Shown: positions 26,898 to 32,000 of the stretch, in pieces
How the letters are laid out: every line of letters begins with the position of its first letter
Numbering within the stretch: the stretch's first letter is position 1
DNA from: Promethearchaeota archaeon
GTDB taxonomy: Archaea; Asgardarchaeota; Lokiarchaeia; Sigyniarchaeales; SOKP01
DNA: 32,000 bases
Direction: 5' to 3'
Assembly: GCA_030606485.1 (NCBI GenBank)
Contig: JAUWGH010000009.1
Span: forward strand, 74,266 to 106,265
Program-made: the position numbers and the translations under genes
Notes under the pieces: model-generated
What the model saw: only the letters and a program-made list of their open reading frames with translations
Told to the model about the DNA's origin: nothing
Database searches by the model: none

Positions 26898-28106
26898 TTA
26901 AGAAATATTAAATTTATTTATATCTTCTTTTAGCAGTTGAGCATTGGGAGAATTAGCACGAATTAACTTGCTTTCTCCTCCAATTTTTCCTTCAATAATG
27001 TCCAAATTCGGATTCAATTCTTTTAAATTATTAATTATACTATTTTTTTCATTTTTATATGTTAATAATACCACTGAAGGACCCGTATCAATTGAAAAAT
27101 ATACATTATAACCAGATGCACGCAGTTCTCGAACTCGAAGCATAATCGCTAGAGTATCTGGCTTCCAAGCAATAATATTTTGCTTTTGTTGTGCGGTCAT
27201 TGTTATTGAATGCAGACACATTGTATCATATTCCGCTAATTCTCCAATTTTATTCAAATCACAATTATTTAATGCCTTAAAGAATTCAAAAACCTTTTTT
27301 TTCCGTTCTTTTAACCAAGAAAGAAAAAAAGGCGATTTTGGGGCAATCTTATGAACTTGTTCGGTTTTTAAATCAGAATTGATTGGAATAGTTATAAGGG
27401 AAATATTATTAACAAATTTTTTGTGTTCTTCTCTATCAAGGCGGATTGCAAAACAGTCAAATGGATCTATTGTAGGATGACTCAACCAAAGTGCGAATCC
27501 ACCTGCGGCACTACGTGTTCCAGATCCAGCTAAATATCTAGAAAATAAGCTAATTAAACGTTTATTTTCAATATATTCTGATTCATTGTTATATAATATC
27601 GAAATTGCAGCTAAAGCAAGAGCTGCAGAACCGGAAGCAGATGTTCCTAATCCTTTACCAGTTAACGATTTATGCGAAGATTTTAAAAAATTACCCGAAA
27701 TTAACAAAGCTTTTGATTTAATTTTTGAATATTCTCTAATTAGATCTAAAGAAATTGCAATTCTCTTTAAATTATCGTTCGATAATTTTTTTCCATTTAA
27801 AAATGCAATATCTTCTCTTAATCGCTTATCAAATTTTAAATAAGAAACTGTAAAGGCTGCATCATTATTAAAAGAAACACTGGGGAAATATGAGATTCGA
27901 TGTTCTTTACTTACCAACCCATGATATTTTAGTACTCCTTGAATAGGATATGCTAATGTATATGATTCACCCTCATCAGATATTGCCTTATTTTTTAATG
28001 GGAGTGTTTGAATATTATAATTCCTTTTAATTAAATAATTTAAAATCTCATCATAATCGTTTTTTAATTGATTCACAAGAGACTTAGGAACAATATTAGA
28101 CATCAT
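26898..28106 (-). CDS. mvaD: GHMP-family mevalonate decarboxylase, probably phosphomevalonate decarboxylase (PMD type)
   Basis: AYPIQGVLKYHG matches the PMD-type start (recalled as HPIQGLVKYHG in haloarchaea) rather than the NIALIKYWGK of diphosphomevalonate decarboxylases. GLGTSASG, SGTRS and SIDTGPS (catalytic Asp) are present. Confidence 0.82.
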   Translation of the reverse strand: MMSNIVPKSLVNQLKNDYDEILNYLIKRNYNIQTLPLKNKAISDEGESYTLAYPIQGVLKYHGLVSKEHRISYFPSVSFNNDAAFTVSYLKFDKRLREDIAFLNGKKLSNDNLKRIAISLDLIREYSKIKSKALLISGNFLKSSHKSLTGKGLGTSASGSAALALAAISILYNNESEYIENKRLISLFSRYLAGSGTRSAAGGFALWLSHPTIDPFDCFAIRLDREEHKKFVNNISLITIPINSDLKTEQVHKIAPKSPFFLSWLKERKKKVFEFFKALNNCDLNKIGELAEYDTMCLHSITMTAQQKQNIIAWKPDTLAIMLRVRELRASGYNVYFSIDTGPSVVLLTYKNEKNSIINNLKELNPNLDIIEGKIGGESKLIRANSPNAQLLKEDINKFNIS

Positions 28107-28111
28107 TGACC

Positions 28112-29755
28112 CTAAATATTAATATAATGATAAGCTGATTTATTTAAGGGAATATAAGTAGGAGTCCAATTTAACAATCCATTACTTACGGATTGATCTT
28201 CAAGCGTACTTTCAACACGACGCATTTCACATTCTAAAAGATTTCCTCTTTCTGGATAGCCTTGGATTCTTACTAGATCTTCTTTTAGGAAGCTAAGGTC
28301 ATTTCCATTTCTATCGATTGGCTCAGAAATTAATACAGCAAATAGTGGAAAAAACTTCGTATAAAAACCAGAATGTCCTTTAGGACAATAATTTAATCCC
28401 TCTATATGTGGAATTATACATCCTTCATTGCAAAAATGAAGTGTAAAACCTTTTGCTTTATTTTTTTTATATTCCTCTATATGTCCTAAGCTAATGTGCG
28501 GTGTTAAAAGACCTTGTTTTATCTGTTCGTATTCTCGAACACTTTTTCGTTCTTTTATTTTAAGATAATCAATAATTTGTGGTCTGTGTCTAACAACTCG
28601 ATTAAATCTTGGCTGAACTTTTAATAAACCTGAGATACAAGTTGCCCCAGAACCATAAGAACCAAAATAAATTGTACTACCCACACGAGCAGTAGTTTCG
28701 AGGATATACAATATTTGAGCCCAAACTGAAGCTGAATACATATTACCGAAATGCATAGGGACTTTCAATTGTGGAATTACTCTATTTTTTATATTTGTAA
28801 GTACCCAATTTTTCATGATGTCTAGTTGAGTTAATTTCAATCCTTTATCTTTTAATTTTACACCTATAAATTCTGGAATGAAACTTATATTTTGCATAAA
28901 GTCATTTATTTTTTTAATAATTGAAGATCTTATATGATGCGGTTCAATTTTTAAAGTTCTACTTATATCCTTAACCCAACGCTTAACGATTATATTCTGC
29001 ATGCATTTTAAAGCTAGCTTACTATATGGAGCATGAAATACATAATAATCTGCGTAAAAATCTCCAATATTTTTAGTTAAATCATCAAATGCAGCTAATT
29101 GAAAATTAAGATAAGAATCAACGGAATATCGTCCAAATACTTGAGGAACTGATTCATTTGCGGGTCTATAAAAATCATTAATATTTCCTGAAATTTTTCC
29201 GAATTTCTTACTGAAGGTTGCTATTCGTGGATTTTTTGATAGAACAAAAGCCACTGCACCTGCTCCTTGTGTGGGCTCTCCTGGACTTTCTAAATTATAA
29301 GAAGATATATCTGCTCCTATTACCAATGCTCTTTTAATTACATCCCCCTCAATTAAAGCAATTGCATTAAGAATTGCAAGTGTACCAGCAGCACAAGCGT
29401 TATATACATCTTGTGTTAAAGAATTTATGTTAATCCCTAATAATTGGGCGAGTATATTTGAAACAGATTTAACAGCATAAGTTATTGTTTCAGTTCCAAC
29501 AAATATTGCATCTATTTTTTTCGGATTGATATTTCCTCGAAGTAATGCATTATAACCGGCTTTTAACCCCATAGATACAATATCTTCACCTACTTCAGGA
29601 AATCTCATCTCTTTTAAAAGCAATCCCTTTTTATATTTATTTGGATCAACATTTCTTATAATGGCAAGATCATTTAAATTCAAATAAAATCTTGGCGCAT
29701 AGAAACCAATTGAGTCTATTCCGATATTACTAAATAAGTGTTTATCACTCTTCAT
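28112..29755 (-). CDS. mvaS: HMG-CoA synthase with a ~130-aa C-terminal Zn-ribbon/OB (DUF35-like) extension
   Basis: VGTET (Glu), NACAAGT (Cys), EPTQGAGAVA, FHAPYSKL (His), GNMYSAS (Asn), SYGSG. The extra C-terminal region carries CNEGC-x10-CPKGH. Confidence 0.9.
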   Translation of the reverse strand: MKSDKHLFSNIGIDSIGFYAPRFYLNLNDLAIIRNVDPNKYKKGLLLKEMRFPEVGEDIVSMGLKAGYNALLRGNINPKKIDAIFVGTETITYAVKSVSNILAQLLGININSLTQDVYNACAAGTLAILNAIALIEGDVIKRALVIGADISSYNLESPGEPTQGAGAVAFVLSKNPRIATFSKKFGKISGNINDFYRPANESVPQVFGRYSVDSYLNFQLAAFDDLTKNIGDFYADYYVFHAPYSKLALKCMQNIIVKRWVKDISRTLKIEPHHIRSSIIKKINDFMQNISFIPEFIGVKLKDKGLKLTQLDIMKNWVLTNIKNRVIPQLKVPMHFGNMYSASVWAQILYILETTARVGSTIYFGSYGSGATCISGLLKVQPRFNRVVRHRPQIIDYLKIKERKSVREYEQIKQGLLTPHISLGHIEEYKKNKAKGFTLHFCNEGCIIPHIEGLNYCPKGHSGFYTKFFPLFAVLISEPIDRNGNDLSFLKEDLVRIQGYPERGNLLECEMRRVESTLEDQSVSNGLLNWTPTYIPLNKSAYHYINI

Positions 29756-30029
29756 AGAAGATTTCTCTATTATTCAAGACTAAGATTTTCTTTTTTTAAG
29801 CCAGTAGGGATTACTTAAATGTTCATTTAATATAATAAATTATTATTTATTAAAAAGTGTAAAAGTTTATAAAATATTTAAAAATTCTCTTAACTTTAAT
29901 AATTTAAATTGTTCATATTCTTATTGATGTTAAAGTACAATATTGAATCAAAAAGTAAATGATTGTTTATTTTTCTAATGATTAAATCAATATAAATTTT
30001 TTTTAATGCAATTTATTTATAATATCTAG

Positions 30030-30767
30030 GTGGGAAATAAGTTGGAAGAATTGAAAAAAGAAGCAAAGGGCAAATTACCTAGACATATTGGACTTATTCT
30101 CGATGGAAATCGCCGATGGGCAAAAAAAAGAAATCTTAATATGAATTTAGGGCATTTAGCGGGATATGAAACTTTGAGGAAAATATTATTTAGTTTCTTA
30201 GATTTGGGTATTAAATATTTAAGCGTCTTTGCTTTATCAAATGAAAATGTTAAAAAAAGAAGTCCCCAAGAACTTCAATATATCTATAATCTGATAATTA
30301 ATGTAATTGATGTTATTAGTAAAGATCCGGTTATTAAAGAAGAGAAAGTTAGAATGAATGTAATAGGTAGATTATCGTTATTACCACCTGATGTGAGAGA
30401 AAAAATTAATTCACTTATTGAGACAACAAAAGATTATGACCAAAAATTTTTGAATATATGTATAATGTATGATGGCCAAGAAGAAATTATAGATGCAGTG
30501 AAAAAAATTTTAGATGATAAAATAAACTCAAAGGATGTAAATATTGATTTAATTAAAAATTATCTATATACTAAAGATTTTCCCGAATTGGATTACATTA
30601 TCCGGACAGGGATGGAAGATGGGGCAAGAATTTCAGGATTTTTATTGTGGGATGCTTCATATGCTGAATTTAAATTTCGAACTGACTTATGGCCGGATTA
30701 TAGTAAAGAAATGGTATTAGAAGATTTACAAGATTACGCAAATAGAAATAGAAGGAAGGGCAAGTGA
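30030..30767 (+). CDS. uppS: Cis-prenyltransferase (undecaprenyl/polyprenyl diphosphate synthase)
   Basis: PRHIGLILDGNRRWA, FALSNEN, YDGQEEI, DYIIRTG...RISGFLLW, C-terminal RKG. Start may be TTG 30042 (GGTGG 8 nt upstream). Confidence 0.95.
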   Translation: MGNKLEELKKEAKGKLPRHIGLILDGNRRWAKKRNLNMNLGHLAGYETLRKILFSFLDLGIKYLSVFALSNENVKKRSPQELQYIYNLIINVIDVISKDPVIKEEKVRMNVIGRLSLLPPDVREKINSLIETTKDYDQKFLNICIMYDGQEEIIDAVKKILDDKINSKDVNIDLIKNYLYTKDFPELDYIIRTGMEDGARISGFLLWDASYAEFKFRTDLWPDYSKEMVLEDLQDYANRNRRKGK

Positions 30768-30894
30768 ACTTTTTTATTAGTAAATATTTAAAATCAATAA
30801 CTTTTATATTGGTGATATTAAGGTAAGATAGCAGTTTTTCACATTTTTTAAAGTATTATTAATTATACTACTAAAACCAAACATCATTTCAATT

Positions 30895-32000
30895 ATGTCT
30901 AACGTAGATCCTAATCATGTAATTTCGATCAGTGTAACCAAGTTTCCTCAAAACCTTTTAATTCCTGACGGTGAAAATTCTGTTTCCTTCCAAGTTATTA
31001 ATCAATCTGACAAGGACGAACATTTTAAATTCGTGTTTGAAGGAGAGAATCTTGAGATCGATGTTAAACCAATTGAATTTCTAGATGAGGTTCTCTTTAA
31101 ATCGGGAGAAACTAAGAAAATTGATCTACTATTGAAGCCAACAACAGACGGGTTTGGTAAATTAACAGTAAATGCCTATTGGATGAAATTAGTTGAATAC
31201 ACGGTAAAAGTTCAAAAAATAAGGGATAAGATTTCCACAAGTAGGATTACCCACATATTAAAAAATAAGCAGTTTCTCCAATCCGTTAAACGTGATAGCT
31301 TTAATCCAAAAGACTTTATAATCACATCAAGTAAAGGCGAAATTAAGAAGATTGAAAAACAAATTAAAGAATCTATAGTTAATTCTACGAAGTCACAAAA
31401 TAATAGTCAATCTTCTAGTGTTCCAAAGGGTGAAATTGATACGAATTTAACTTTACTCGCAAAATCATATCTTTCGATTGGTGAGTTTTATAAAGCGTTA
31501 GAAAGCTCACTACAGTTAACTAATGAAGATGAGAAGTTAGAACTATATTATAACCTAATTAGAGCTAATGCAACTCTTAAACTCGATAGTAGTTTACAAG
31601 TTGTTGAAAAATTAAATGATCTTAAGAAAAAAAATCAAATCGCAAAAAGTATTGCGCTTGATTATGTGAATATTGATCCTGATCAAGTGAGCAAAATTCT
31701 TTCTTTTATCAAAGAGGATTCGATAAAGGAAAATGCCATTTTTGAAGTAATTTTTATGTCTCTTGAAAAGGATTCAAATTTAGCTCTTAAGTTCACAGAG
31801 TTTATTAAAGACGAGATTGTTAAAGTTAAAGTTTTATTTAATATACTTAAGAAACTACACGAGAATAAGAATAATTCGCTAATTCTCGCAATCATTAATC
31901 AAATTAATGAGATTATTCTGAAATCCAAATTAATTAACATATCCACAGATCAAAATTATCACAATCCTGCTTATGAATACTTCAAAGAAACCATATGTAT
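30895..32000 (+). CDS. 3'-truncated hypothetical protein: N-terminal beta-sandwich-like domain followed by helical solenoid-like region
   Basis: Hand-translated, not in the ORF track. ATG 30895 opens a stop-free frame of 368 codons to the window end (MSNVDPNHVISISVTKFPQNLLIPDGENSVSFQVINQSDKDEHFKF...LTLLAKSYLSIGEFYKALESSLQL...). Confidence 0.8.
   Translation, partial: MSNVDPNHVISISVTKFPQNLLIPDGENSVSFQVINQSDKDEHFKFVFEGENLEIDVKPIEFLDEVLFKSGETKKIDLLLKPTTDGFGKLTVNAYWMKLVEYTVKVQKIRDKISTSRITHILKNKQFLQSVKRDSFNPKDFIITSSKGEIKKIEKQIKESIVNSTKSQNNSQSSSVPKGEIDTNLTLLAKSYLSIGEFYKALESSLQLTNEDEKLELYYNLIRANATLKLDSSLQVVEKLNDLKKKNQIAKSIALDYVNIDPDQVSKILSFIKEDSIKENAIFEVIFMSLEKDSNLALKFTEFIKDEIVKVKVLFNILKKLHENKNNSLILAIINQINEIILKSKLINISTDQNYHNPAYEYFKETIC

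Noticed and set aside
26898-28106. Classical eukaryote-type pathway via diphosphomevalonate decarboxylase
   Set aside because: The N-terminal motif is PMD-type, no phosphomevalonate kinase is in the cluster, and ipk is present.
916-31895. Remaining 60-143-aa ORFs nested in or antisense to well-supported genes (e.g. 7947, 17944, 19965, 24505, 27586, 31683)
   Set aside because: They overlap genes with clear family motifs, and have no RBS or motifs of their own.

Overview
AT-rich archaeal chromosomal segment, most likely from an Asgard (Loki-like) archaeon. That assignment is an inference from the GGTGA/TGTGA ribosome-binding sites, a TATA promoter, U-tract terminators and the archaeal mevalonate genes. 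Left half (1-18.5 kb) is an accessory catabolic and transport region. It holds a Gfo/Idh/MocA oxidoreductase, two SCP2 lipid-binding genes (one frameshifted) flanking a 1147-aa two-TM repeat glycoprotein, a crotonase, an M24 peptidase, an SDR, three GPH/MFS transporters, a fucose-isomerase-like protein, a BKACE enzyme and a DUF362 Fe-S protein. Right half (18.7-30.8 kb) is an 11-gene isoprenoid supercluster: trans-prenyltransferase, then nine minus-strand genes (hmgS, PMD-type mvaD, class II hmgR, UbiD, AcnX large and small, mvk, ipk, fni), then uppS. Most notable: (i) two alternative routes from mevalonate-5-phosphate to isopentenyl phosphate in one operon; (ii) an HMG-CoA synthase with eukaryote-like motifs and an apparent C-terminal DUF35 domain; (iii) the SCP2-flanked repeat glycoprotein; (iv) two genes whose conserved N-termini have no ATG/GTG/TTG start. 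No tRNA, rRNA, CRISPR array or mobile element was seen. All family assignments come from motif recognition by eye, with no database search.
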